A stretch of 32,000 bases of DNA from Halomicronema hongdechloris C2206 (GTDB taxonomy: Bacteria > Cyanobacteriota > Cyanobacteriia > Phormidesmidales > Phormidesmidaceae): NCBI RefSeq assembly GCF_002075285.3, contig NZ_CP021983.2:5460001-5492000 (forward strand). The letters run 5' to 3'. This document shows, piece by piece, positions 16,704 through 25,383 of this stretch. The notes under the pieces were generated by a model. The model searched no databases, was not told where the DNA came from, and was given only the letters and a program-made list of their open reading frames with translations. The first letter of the stretch is position 1, and each line of letters opens with the position of its first letter. The position numbers and the translations under genes were made by a program.

Positions 16704-19667
16704 TTAGCAGAATAGCACCTCCACCGTCCCCTTCTCTCCATCCAGCCGCACGCGTTGGCCATCATGAAGGCACTGGGTGGCTTGATTGACATTCATGACT
16801 GCGGGGATACCGTATTCTCGAGCGACGATGGCGCCATGGGAAAGGCGTCCTCCCACCTCAGCCACTAATCCCTTGGCCTGAGCTAGCAGCGGCGCCCAGC
16901 CGGCATCGGTATAGGGGACCACTAGGATGCTGTCATGGGCCAGGGAGCCTACACCGCCGAGGTCAGTCAATACTCGGACAGTCCCCTCCACGACTCCAGG
17001 GCTGGCCCCAATGCCTCTGAGCACCTGGGCAGCAGGCGATTGTAAGGGCGGTAAGCGATGCAGATGGGGGGGCTCATTGCCATAAACTAGGTAAGGTACT
17101 GAGGACAGTTGCTGGTCTTGCTGCAGTTGCCAACGACGAGCGGCAATGGCTTCGGTTAGGGTAGCCCAGCGCTGATCTAAGGGCTCGTTCATCTGCTGAC
17201 GGATGTCGTCCAGCTGTAAGTAGAACACATCATCCGGCTGCGCTAAATAGCCAAGGCGATGCCAGTGTTGGCCTAAGGCGACAAAACTCCAACGCAATTC
17301 CGCGAGTAAACGAGTATATACGGCAGTGACTTGGCCCTTGAGATGGAGACGACGCTGCACCACGTCAACTTGCCAGGTGGCTGATGTCGCTGTCTTTTGG
17401 TGTTTAGATTTGGTGGCTGTTGCCGGGGTTGGTGCCAACACCAACTGGGCGAATAACTCCCGCACCGGGCTAGGATTCTCTTTCCAGGTAGGAACGGAGA
17501 TATCGGTACCTACCTGACTGAGATAGCCATACTTGGTCACCAAGGTATCTAGACGGCTGAGAATGGAGTCGCCATCGGCATGTTCTGCCAAGGCGGCCAG
17601 TAAAGAGGAGGCGCTAGAAATGGAGTCTAACTCCATGGTAGATAGCAGCAGTCGCGTATCCTGGGCCAGGGATCGCAGCTCATTTAGGGCTGCCACTTCC
17701 GGGTTTTGACTGCCGTCTAGCTCCGCATCGGAAACTCGTAAAATCGCCTGACGGATGGCGATACTCAGGGGAACGAGAATACTGTAGTAGGTGGCTCGCT
17801 TCAACAGCGCCAGGATATCTTCGATGGTCTCGAGCAGATCCTCTGGAGCCATCTGAGTCGGTACTGTCCTAGTCAAGGCCATTAGCCCTGGCTGGAAGAA
17901 GGTGGTTTGATCGCGATTGAAGTCATCGTCTAGCCATAGCTCTCGTCCCAACAGTCGCAGTAACCCAGGCAGGTTACGCAGGGTAGAGCTCATGGGAGGT
18001 TTACTAAAGGGGGCTCCCCGGGTCAAAAAGTCGAGGCTCTCTCGCGGTAACCCCATGCGTAGAAAAATGTCTCCCAGCAAAGACGCATTGAAATAGGCTC
18101 GGGAGTGATGCAAGGTTGCAGTAGCTTCGAAATCAAGGCCTTCAGCGCGATTTCCCAAGACCAGGGTAAACAGCTCACCCCATACCCCACAGGTGAGAGG
18201 ACGGTTGATCGACCAGGTCAGGGGACGAATTAGCCCAGGAATCACTTCGGCGGCAATTTTGCGAGTCCATAGGGGCTGCATGGTGGTGATAGGACGACTC
18301 TGAAGCAACCACAGGGTATGGCCGTCGTAGGTCCATTCGATATCTTGGGGAATGCCATGGTAACGAGTTTCAATGTGGCGAGCCAGATAGGCGACTTGCT
18401 GCACTAGGCGCTGGGGGACCCGGCCATCGCCTTCAACCGTTAAGGTGAGGGCCTCGGGTAGGGTCCAGTCAGCAGGGGCATCGGGGTCGGATGGCGGTGA
18501 AATATCGTCTTCCTGCACCAATACCCGATACTGTTCTGGGGTGGTTTGCCCCGAGACTACTCGACTGGCCATGCCAGGGAGGGCTTCGATGGTGACTGAG
18601 TCACCGGCTCGGCTAATGGGATCGCGGCTGAAGGCGACTCCAGAATAGAGGCCCCCCACTTGTTCTTGCACGAGCACGGCTAGCTCTTTGTCGGGTAGGT
18701 GATGCTGGCGACGGTACTGCACTGCCGCTGGAGCCTGATAGGAGGCAAAACAGCGGGCGATGGCGGCGGCTAAATCGGCCTGATTAGTGATTTGGGTGAC
18801 GGAGGTATACAGCCCTGCGGCTGAGGCGGTATCGGTATCTTCGTCCAGGGCGGAGGAGCGCACCACCAGGGGTTGGCTGGGGGAGGGGGCGGCAATTTCT
18901 AGCAGGGGGGCAGGGTCGTCTCCGGCCAGCAAGACATACCCGCGGGGGACGGGATAGCCCCAGGCGTTTAGCTGTGCCAAGGAGGCGGCCTTATGGCCAA
19001 CTTTTTCAGGGTTTAAGGGCTGATCTAGGGAGAGCAGAGCCCGATCACCGCGAAAGAAACGAAACATTTGTCGGGACTCTAAACGGCCTTCTTGAGGGGA
19101 TAAATCTAAGTCGTCGGGGATCTTCTGGTAGATCCAAGCAATGAGACCACTGAGGCAGGCCATGGCCAGAACTCGGCCGCCATCATCGCTGTGGCGTAAT
19201 GCGGTGAGTAGGGGCAGCAGCACTAGCACCAATAGCCGCCCCCCCTTGCGATCGCGCACTAGGGTGAAGCCAATGGCACTGATACCGAAGAGCAAGCCTG
19301 CCGTGATCGGGTCGTGGACGATGATGCCCCAGGTGACATTGGTGGTGCCAGCCCCTTGGCTGATCCAATAGCGTCCCATCACCAAGGCGATCAAGGCAAT
19401 GATTTCCCATAGGGGCTCTTGGGGGAAGAAGTGGCGGGCCAACAAGACGACGGCGATGCCCTTGGCAGCTTCCAGCAAGACAGCCAAGATACCCGCCAGG
19501 CGACTGCCGTGGTAAAACGCCGCCGATACGCTGACATTGCCTGTGCCGAGCTGGGATAGATGCTTACCGGTCAGCAGCCATGTACTCCAGCCTGTCAGGG
19601 GGCAGCCGCCAAGTAACGGCCCCAGGATCAAAATCAAACAAGCACCCCAAACCTGAGTCAGGGACAT
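16704..19667 (-). CDS. Fusion protein: divergent PlsY-like membrane domain + PpsA/PPDK-type ATP-grasp domain + large middle region + C-terminal PEP-utilizer phosphohistidine swivel domain
   Basis: The N-terminal ~190 aa are multi-TM with PlsY-like motifs (LGTGNVSVSAAF, LLEAAKG, MGRYWISQGAGTTNVT). The ATP-grasp signature is EKVGHKAASLAQLNAWGYPVPRGYVL. The C-terminal swivel domain carries GGRLSHGAIVAREYGIPAV. Confidence 0.75.
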   Translation of the reverse strand: MSLTQVWGACLILILGPLLGGCPLTGWSTWLLTGKHLSQLGTGNVSVSAAFYHGSRLAGILAVLLEAAKGIAVVLLARHFFPQEPLWEIIALIALVMGRYWISQGAGTTNVTWGIIVHDPITAGLLFGISAIGFTLVRDRKGGRLLVLVLLPLLTALRHSDDGGRVLAMACLSGLIAWIYQKIPDDLDLSPQEGRLESRQMFRFFRGDRALLSLDQPLNPEKVGHKAASLAQLNAWGYPVPRGYVLLAGDDPAPLLEIAAPSPSQPLVVRSSALDEDTDTASAAGLYTSVTQITNQADLAAAIARCFASYQAPAAVQYRRQHHLPDKELAVLVQEQVGGLYSGVAFSRDPISRAGDSVTIEALPGMASRVVSGQTTPEQYRVLVQEDDISPPSDPDAPADWTLPEALTLTVEGDGRVPQRLVQQVAYLARHIETRYHGIPQDIEWTYDGHTLWLLQSRPITTMQPLWTRKIAAEVIPGLIRPLTWSINRPLTCGVWGELFTLVLGNRAEGLDFEATATLHHSRAYFNASLLGDIFLRMGLPRESLDFLTRGAPFSKPPMSSTLRNLPGLLRLLGRELWLDDDFNRDQTTFFQPGLMALTRTVPTQMAPEDLLETIEDILALLKRATYYSILVPLSIAIRQAILRVSDAELDGSQNPEVAALNELRSLAQDTRLLLSTMELDSISSASSLLAALAEHADGDSILSRLDTLVTKYGYLSQVGTDISVPTWKENPSPVRELFAQLVLAPTPATATKSKHQKTATSATWQVDVVQRRLHLKGQVTAVYTRLLAELRWSFVALGQHWHRLGYLAQPDDVFYLQLDDIRQQMNEPLDQRWATLTEAIAARRWQLQQDQQLSSVPYLVYGNEPPHLHRLPPLQSPAAQVLRGIGASPGVVEGTVRVLTDLGGVGSLAHDSILVVPYTDAGWAPLLAQAKGLVAEVGGRLSHGAIVAREYGIPAVMNVNQATQCLHDGQRVRLDGEKGTVEVLFC

Positions 19668-19825
19668 GGATCACCAGGGAACAACAGGGGAAGCGCTGTC
19701 GTTTGCTAGACTTTCCAGAGGAGACGGCGCGGCTGAGCCGCTAGGATCTACTTCGGGATGGCTATATGAACGACGACCGCTTTACTTATCTATGCTAGTA
19801 GTCTACTCAGCCATTGCACGGTGCC

Positions 19826-20251
19826 ATGAGCCACATCTCTGAGTCAATGTACGGTGATATTGCCATTGCCCAGGCGGCGACGGAGCCCTTGGAAAAGTGG
19901 CCTAATCCTTCTACCAATGCCTATGCTATCCATTTGGAGCATCCGGAATTCACGGCCCTGTGTCCCCGCTCCGGGTATCCCGATTTTGGCACCATTGTCG
20001 TAGACTACCAGCCTGGGGAATGGGTGGTGGAATTGAAGGCGTTTAAGCTCTATATCAATTCGTTTCGGGATCAGCGCATCAGCCATGAGCAGGTGGTGAA
20101 TGCCGTTGCCGATCGACTCTGGCAGGAGTTACACCCTGTGGGCTTACGGATCATCGGTGATTTTACTCGACGGGGTGGGGTTAAGACGATGATCACGGTT
20201 TCTAAGGGGAATGGACAGCTATTTGGGGAGTATCGCCCCAATCTCTTGTGA
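19826..20251 (+). CDS. queF: NADPH-dependent 7-cyano-7-deazaguanine (preQ0) reductase, unimodular type
   Basis: The QueF motif EFTALCPRSGYPDFGTIVVDY (consensus E(F/Y)xxLCPxTGQPDF with catalytic Cys) is present, along with SFRDQRISHEQ (the HE motif). I prefer the ATG at 19826 over the TTG at 19814. Confidence 0.85.
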   Translation: MSHISESMYGDIAIAQAATEPLEKWPNPSTNAYAIHLEHPEFTALCPRSGYPDFGTIVVDYQPGEWVVELKAFKLYINSFRDQRISHEQVVNAVADRLWQELHPVGLRIIGDFTRRGGVKTMITVSKGNGQLFGEYRPNLL

Positions 20252-20366
20252 GCCGGTCTCGGTTGCCCTTGCTCGTGGGGCTATGGGCTTAGGGTGAGGC
20301 CGTTTCAATCTTGGCAACGGCCGTGCCACAATGGGGCCAATGGCTTTAGTGTAGGGATATTCAGCC

Positions 20367-20936
20367 TTGCGTCCGGCTAGTTCTACGGATTTGTCGCTGC
20401 CTGCTGACAATCCTTCCCTTGACAATATCAAGGCCCATCTTGACCTGCTACTGTTGGCTTTAGAGGCGCTGACGGGACTGGGCTCCGATGCCGTGTTGAT
20501 GGCAGCACGACAGTTACAGCTTAAGGAGTTGGTGGGCGATCGGGTCACACTCTGGCGGCTACGGCAGGCCAGTCCCTTGCGCAGGGGACAGGGGCGCAAG
20601 AAGTTGGACGTGGAGGAAGCCCGGGCCTTGGTGTTGATCAGCAGCTATTTGGCTCAGCAACAATGCGATCGCATCCGCGACGCCGTCGCCCGCCTAGAAG
20701 ACAGCACTGCACAGGGCCAGCCCCCCCATCGAGCTGCGATCCTAGGAGATTACCTCGATCGCTTCAGCAATACCTACCAAGACCGCATGCAGGACCCTGC
20801 CCCGGTGACCCCGGATGATCTCAGTCAACTCGCCCTGACCCTGTTAATCGATCTGCTCTTCTATAGCAGCCCAGGTGGTGAACGCCGCCTATGGTTAGCC
20901 TTACTCGATCGCACCCACCTCTCCCCTGCTTCATGA
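20367..20936 (+). CDS. Cyanobacterial conserved hypothetical (DUF3038-like by recollection)
   Basis: The 189-aa helical ORF has the N-terminal pattern LDNIKAHLDLLLLALEALTG and a C-terminal LLIDLLFYSS. There is no in-frame ATG near the N-terminus, so the start (TTG at 20367) is uncertain. Its stop overlaps the next gene's ATG (ATGA at 20933-20936). Confidence 0.5.
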   Translation: MRPASSTDLSLPADNPSLDNIKAHLDLLLLALEALTGLGSDAVLMAARQLQLKELVGDRVTLWRLRQASPLRRGQGRKKLDVEEARALVLISSYLAQQQCDRIRDAVARLEDSTAQGQPPHRAAILGDYLDRFSNTYQDRMQDPAPVTPDDLSQLALTLLIDLLFYSSPGGERRLWLALLDRTHLSPAS

Positions 20937-22168
20937 CCGCTGCCCCTGAGTCCATCTGCCGCAGCTACCAACGTCCTACCTGCACCTTAGCCATAGAGGG
21001 CCAGCTCTCCCCCCTATCCCAATGGTCCCGGCGGCCCCTGCTAAAACAGGTGCACTTTCAGCTGCAGCTGTGCCAGGGAGATCAAGCCTTTCAACTACAA
21101 GGCGATCACCAGCAACTGAGCCAATTGACCCACCTGGTGCAAGACTATGTGCAGCAGCGCCTGGGTCACCATGACACCCCCATCCCCCCCGTCTCTTCGC
21201 CCCAGCCCGATGGACTCACGCTCAGCCCTGCCGGCGGTACCCGCCATTATCTATCCCTGGGCCCGTTAGCTCAGCACCATACCCCTCAAGGTCTGACCCT
21301 GAGCACGTTACAACTATTTGATCTGACCACGGTGCTAGATCAGGCAGCCCTGGCCGCTAACATTGTGGAGCCATCGACGGCAGCCCAACGCCCCTTGCAG
21401 CCCTTAGCCCTGCCCCTGAGGAATGTTCCTCGTCGCCATCGCCATCCTTGGCTCTGGGCCAGTAGCGCTGCTGGGTTACTATTGGCCGTTGGCATCGGTG
21501 CGCTGATCAGTCAAACCAGCCAATCGCCGCCCCAAACCGCCACCTCTTCCCTGGATACGGCAGAAGATGCCACCACCGAAGCCCTCAGAGCCCCCAGTGC
21601 TTCAGAATCACCGGCTCCGGCTGCAGACCCCTCCGTTACCTCCTCGTCCCTGCCGCCAACCCCTGCCGAGGCTCCTACCAGCTCAGGGACTCAGCCGCCG
21701 GCACCCGCTGCCGAGGCTCCCCCGTCGCCTGATGCCACTGCTGCGGCCGACTCACCGCCGGAGACAGCCTCCCCCGGTGATGCCCATGGCTCGGGGGCAA
21801 CCCACGACGCCGATGATGACATCACCGCGGCAGTTCCTCCAGAGGTGGCCAGCTCCCAACGGGTAGAGGCATCATCCAATCCCCAGCACGCCTGGCTCCA
21901 GGCCATCAGCCAGCGCTTAACTCCGCTAGCGGCCACACTCTCCCCGGCAACTGCTACCTATCGGCTCACGGTGGCGGCGGATGGCACCGTGGCGGCAGTC
22001 ACAACCCTGGACCAGGACTTGGATGACCAATCTGATCCGGAGGATGAGGCGGTGACCTCAGCCCTGGTAGGGCAGCCTTTACCGCCTCCCCCGAGCCAAG
22101 CGGAACAGGAGCTGTGGCTGCGATTTCATCCTGATGGCACCATCAGTCTCAGCCTTGAGCCATTCTAG
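20933..22168 (+). CDS. Cyanobacterial conserved hypothetical (DUF4335-like by recollection) with TM helix and long Pro/Ala/Ser-rich region
   Basis: The protein starts MTAAPESICRSYQRPTCTLAIEGQLSPLSQW. It has one TM helix (WLWASSAAGLLLAVGIGALI), then about 110 aa of P/A/S/T low complexity, then a structured C-terminus. I prefer the ATG at 20933 because of the ATGA overlap with the upstream stop. Confidence 0.5.
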   Translation: MTAAPESICRSYQRPTCTLAIEGQLSPLSQWSRRPLLKQVHFQLQLCQGDQAFQLQGDHQQLSQLTHLVQDYVQQRLGHHDTPIPPVSSPQPDGLTLSPAGGTRHYLSLGPLAQHHTPQGLTLSTLQLFDLTTVLDQAALAANIVEPSTAAQRPLQPLALPLRNVPRRHRHPWLWASSAAGLLLAVGIGALISQTSQSPPQTATSSLDTAEDATTEALRAPSASESPAPAADPSVTSSSLPPTPAEAPTSSGTQPPAPAAEAPPSPDATAAADSPPETASPGDAHGSGATHDADDDITAAVPPEVASSQRVEASSNPQHAWLQAISQRLTPLAATLSPATATYRLTVAADGTVAAVTTLDQDLDDQSDPEDEAVTSALVGQPLPPPPSQAEQELWLRFHPDGTISLSLEPF

Positions 22169-22178
22169 AGATGACATA

Positions 22179-22200
22179 GGGGCGCAACCTATTGCGCCCC
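22179..22200. other. GC-rich hairpin 11 nt after the stop of the 20933..22168 gene
   Basis: GGGGCGCAA-ccta-TTGCGCCCC is a perfect 9-bp stem. No U-tract follows. Confidence 0.5.
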
Positions 22201-22271
22201 CACCGGATTTAGAGTGTCCCAGCTAGATACTCACCCAAGGACTGGCTGAACAGGCCAGATAGACTGAGTTC

Positions 22272-22295
22272 AATAGCCTAAACCAGGCTATTTTT
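22272..22295 (+). terminator. Intrinsic terminator (plus strand)
   Basis: AATAGCCT-aaacc-AGGCTATT is a perfect 8-bp stem that runs into TTTTT. It lies in the convergent spacer, about 105 nt after the stop at 22168. Confidence 0.5.
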
Positions 22296-22340
22296 CTAGA
22301 TGGAATACTCTTAGCTGGATAGATTGAGAAGCGGGCAACC

Positions 22341-22808
22341 CTAGGGTCCCTCGTCTACGGATTGCGATTGAGCCCGAAATTTAGCGCGGCGGAAGCGGGA
22401 CATGGCCACGGCCTTATCCACCGGAAACCCTGTAGTCGGGATAACCTGGTACTTACGATCTTCCTCCAACTGCTTCAATTCGGCATAGGTAACCCAATGA
22501 ATGCAGTTTACCGGGCAGGTATCAATCGCCTCCTGGATCAATTCTTCTGAATCTCCATCTTGGCGATAGGCCCGCGAGCGACCATAGTCGGGCTCGATAT
22601 AAAATGTATTACGAGCCACATGGGCACAGTGTTTACAGCCGATGCAAGTCAGCTCATCTACATAGACAGCTTGCTGGCGTAAACTGCCCCCTAACTCTGG
22701 CTCAAATCCAGAACGGACCCCTTGGTCTCGTAGATGTCCTCCCAGTTCCGGTTCCAACCCATTGGGTTGGTCAGAGCCAAACGCGTCTGAGAATTGGGCA
22801 TCATCCAT
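22341..22808 (-). CDS. Single-cluster 4Fe-4S ferredoxin-domain protein (Fed7-like / DnaJ-associated ferredoxin type)
   Basis: The cluster motif is CIGCKHCAHVARNTF...IDTCPVNCIHWV (CxxCxxC...CP). I prefer the ATG at 22808 (MDDAQF...). The start is 17 nt downstream of the DUF1257 gene stop. Confidence 0.8.
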   Translation of the reverse strand: MDDAQFSDAFGSDQPNGLEPELGGHLRDQGVRSGFEPELGGSLRQQAVYVDELTCIGCKHCAHVARNTFYIEPDYGRSRAYRQDGDSEELIQEAIDTCPVNCIHWVTYAELKQLEEDRKYQVIPTTGFPVDKAVAMSRFRRAKFRAQSQSVDEGP

Positions 22809-22825
22809 AATAAAGCTTATAGTGA

Positions 22826-23218
22826 CTACGCACCCCAACGCTGCAGCACCAGACGAATGGCACCATCTTGTTCATTCGCCTGCTCCGACACCTGAAAGCC
22901 CTGGTGAGAAGTTTCACGCAGGACGGTGTGGTAAGCGTAGCGCTGGGTGATTTGATTCAAAAAACCATCTACCGACAGCGGCTGCTTCCAGTACTGTAGA
23001 TCAGCCACCAACTCATATTCTTGGGTATCGGGGTTAAGACGAAACCCGATGTCGTACCCATTGGCTTGCTCGATAACAACATCAGCCGCTTGAATTTGCC
23101 CCTGATACCCTCGAAGACTCTTAGGACCAGGCTTCCAGTCGGCACCTACATCATCGAGAGCTGCCTGGAGGGACTCGAGGTTACGAATCTTGGTTTTGAT
23201 CTGGCTAAAGTGTGACAT
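22826..23218 (-). CDS. ycf35: DUF1257 / Ycf35-like protein
   Basis: The 130-aa ORF starts MSHFSQIKTKIRNLESLQAALDD.G and continues ..GYDIGF......YELVADLQYW......FLNQITQRYAYHTV. This matches my recollection of the cyanobacterial/plastid Ycf35 family. In Synechocystis, I recall ycf35 also sitting next to a 4Fe-4S ferredoxin gene. Confidence 0.55.
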   Translation of the reverse strand: MSHFSQIKTKIRNLESLQAALDDVGADWKPGPKSLRGYQGQIQAADVVIEQANGYDIGFRLNPDTQEYELVADLQYWKQPLSVDGFLNQITQRYAYHTVLRETSHQGFQVSEQANEQDGAIRLVLQRWGA

Positions 23219-23245
23219 GTTAATCGCGCGTAAACGAACTTAAAA

Positions 23246-23461
23246 TCACCACTGACTATAGGAGACTTGGTTGGTTGCAGACGTCTCTGACGTCTGATTC
23301 ACTGGCTGAGCAAAATATTCAGAAGTCTTTTCTTGGGAGACCACTCGGCCTAGCTGAGCCTCGATGGCAGCCGTGACTTCTGCACAGGAAGTACCGACAA
23401 TCCCGGTTACCACCTCCTTGACGTGTCCATCGGGGTAAATAATGAACTCAAGCGTCTCCAT
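23246..23461 (-). CDS. DUF2997-like small protein
   Basis: The 71-aa ORF reads METLEFIIYPDGHVKEVVTGIVGTSCAEVTAAIEAQLG. This is the pattern I associate with DUF2997, which typically precedes DUF1257 genes. It lies 27 nt upstream of the next gene. Confidence 0.55.
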   Translation of the reverse strand: METLEFIIYPDGHVKEVVTGIVGTSCAEVTAAIEAQLGRVVSQEKTSEYFAQPVNQTSETSATNQVSYSQW

Positions 23462-24085
23462 AAACCACGTTACCTCTAGGTATCAAATTGCTTCTAGCGA
23501 CGATGCTCGTCGGTTGCTCCTTATGCCCCTCTCTGCTGGGTTGCAGACCACATGCAGCCAGGATGGCCAATGGTCCTAGAGCCTTTAAGTCGCTAAACAG
23601 TTAGTAGCTCACCTTAATCTTACTAAGCATTTCTCGAATCAGGCAGGCTGATTCATACTAAAAGTTAATTCAAATTATTGATCCGGTGAGTATAAACCTT
23701 AGTATATTAAGTTTCCCTTAACTGACAAACCCCGTCAAGAATGAGATCAGGGTCCGGCATGACGCTTGTCACGGCGTTTCATGCGATCGCATGGGGAAGT
23801 TGACGAATTCACCCTGTCTAGGGCTAATTTTGCTAGCACCTATATTGGCCCAGGAAATCTTCAGCAGCCTTCCAAGCAAGTTTTTCAACGGCTAGAGAGG
23901 TGAGCCTTATCCCTGAAAGTCTGGCGCTGAGGACTATCCCAACCGTTTGTAAATTACTGTAAAGCTGACTGGCAAACCGAACAGCCAGTCCATGCCAGTA
24001 CATATCCAGTACACATTGATCACCCTTCAGGTCTGGCCATGGACAGGGTTTAATAGGGACTGATTCCTATAGAGGCAACGAATCC

Positions 24086-25126
24086 ATGACTTCAGTGCAA
24101 TCCCCACAGCCCAGAGCAATGACCTCTAGAGACGCCAAGACAACGCCTATCCAGGTGGGAGTGTTAGGCTTTGGCGGCCTAGGCCAGGCGGCTGCCCAGG
24201 TGCTGGCTGCCAAGCAGGAAATGCGATTGGTCGCCGTCGCCGACAGGCAGGGATACCTAATGAATCCGGCGGGAGTGTCTCTCCAGGATTGCATTCAGGC
24301 CTATCGGCAACATGGCTCTGTGGGGTATGGAGAACCGGGAGGCACCCTAAGCCAGCAGAGTATTCTCGATTTAGTGCAGGCGGCTCCTGAGGTGGATGGT
24401 TATTTTCTGGCGTTACCCAATTTACCCAATACGTTTATGGCTGCCATAGCCCGGGAGGTGGCCGCCAGTGGTTGGCGAGGAGTGCTGGTGGATGCCTTGA
24501 AGCGAACCAGCGCCATGGCGCAGATTCTGGCTCTACAGGAAACTCTGCAAGCCGCCAGTATTACCTATTTAACCGGGTGTGGAGCAACTCCAGGGCTATT
24601 GACGGCAGCGGCGGTGATTGCAGCTCAGAGTTACGCCGAAATTCATCGGGTGGCCATTACCTTTGGGGTAGGCATTGCCAATTGGGAAGCCTATCGGGCC
24701 ACGATTCGAGAAGATATCGCCCATCTCCCTGGCTATGATGTGGAGACGGCCCGAGCCATGAGCGATGCAGACGTAGCTGCCCTGTTGGACAAAACCAATG
24801 GCCTGCTGCATCTAGAGAATATGGAACATGCCGATGATCTGATGCTGGAGTTGGCGGGGATTTGCCCACGGGATCGAGTCACGGTCGGCGGCATTGTCGA
24901 TACCCGTAACCCGAAGAAGCCCCTCAGCACTAACATCCAGGTCACAGGCCGTACCTTTGAGGGCAAGATGTCTACCCATACATTTACCCTGGGGGATGAG
25001 ACCAGCATGGCGGCTAATGTCTGTGGTCCTGCCTTTGGCTATCTGAAGGCCGGCATACAGCTATACCGCCGTGGCCTCCATGGCGTTTTCACCGCGGCTG
25101 AAGTAATGCCCCAGTTTGTGCGCTAA
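24086..25126 (+). CDS. NAD(P)-binding Rossmann-fold oxidoreductase (saccharopine dehydrogenase-like)
   Basis: The N-terminal dinucleotide-binding loop is [19 protein letters not shown], followed by VAVADR. The ORF is 346 aa. The ATG at 24119 is an alternative start. The specific function is not assignable from the sequence alone. Confidence 0.55.
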   Translation: MTSVQSPQPRAMTSRDAKTTPIQVGVLGFGGLGQAAAQVLAAKQEMRLVAVADRQGYLMNPAGVSLQDCIQAYRQHGSVGYGEPGGTLSQQSILDLVQAAPEVDGYFLALPNLPNTFMAAIAREVAASGWRGVLVDALKRTSAMAQILALQETLQAASITYLTGCGATPGLLTAAAVIAAQSYAEIHRVAITFGVGIANWEAYRATIREDIAHLPGYDVETARAMSDADVAALLDKTNGLLHLENMEHADDLMLELAGICPRDRVTVGGIVDTRNPKKPLSTNIQVTGRTFEGKMSTHTFTLGDETSMAANVCGPAFGYLKAGIQLYRRGLHGVFTAAEVMPQFVR

Positions 25127-25261
25127 CCCTGGCCCCTGATTGGTGGGAAGGGGGAAGGGTGCAAGTAAAGCAGGTAGCGTGGGTTGTTTTACCTCAGCAA
25201 GGGATGTCATGAGTGCCCAGGGAAGGACCCACGGGGGAAAGAGAGGACGGAGGAAAGTGAT

Positions 25262-25289
25262 GAGTTTTGAGTGTTGAGTGTTGAGTGAG
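25262..25289. repeat. Short heptanucleotide tandem repeat (GAGTGTT-like, about 4 units)
   Basis: Units read directly: gagtttt gagtgtt gagtgtt gagtgag. Confidence 0.8.
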
Positions 25290-25383
25290 TGAATGTTTTG
25301 GTTCCCTGTCAAACGGTGGATGGGCGGGCGAGTAGGCCGATAGCAGATAGAGGGTAAGGGGACAGGGCAGTAGCGCGGGAAAA

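Noticed and set aside
19668-19825. Possible preQ1 riboswitch upstream of queF
   Set aside because: I looked for the compact preQ1-I/II hairpin with its A-rich tail and found nothing resembling it. The spacer more likely holds divergent promoters only.
20219-20599. 126-aa minus-strand ORF spanning the queF 3' end and the start of the next gene
   Set aside because: It overlaps two better-supported plus-strand genes and has an Arg/Ser/Pro-rich composition without motifs.
21567-21936. Alternative-frame ORFs 21567..21866 (+) and 21691..21936 (-)
   Set aside because: They lie within the Pro/Ala/Ser-rich low-complexity section of the 20933..22168 gene, where all frames stay open because of the GC-rich repetitive composition.
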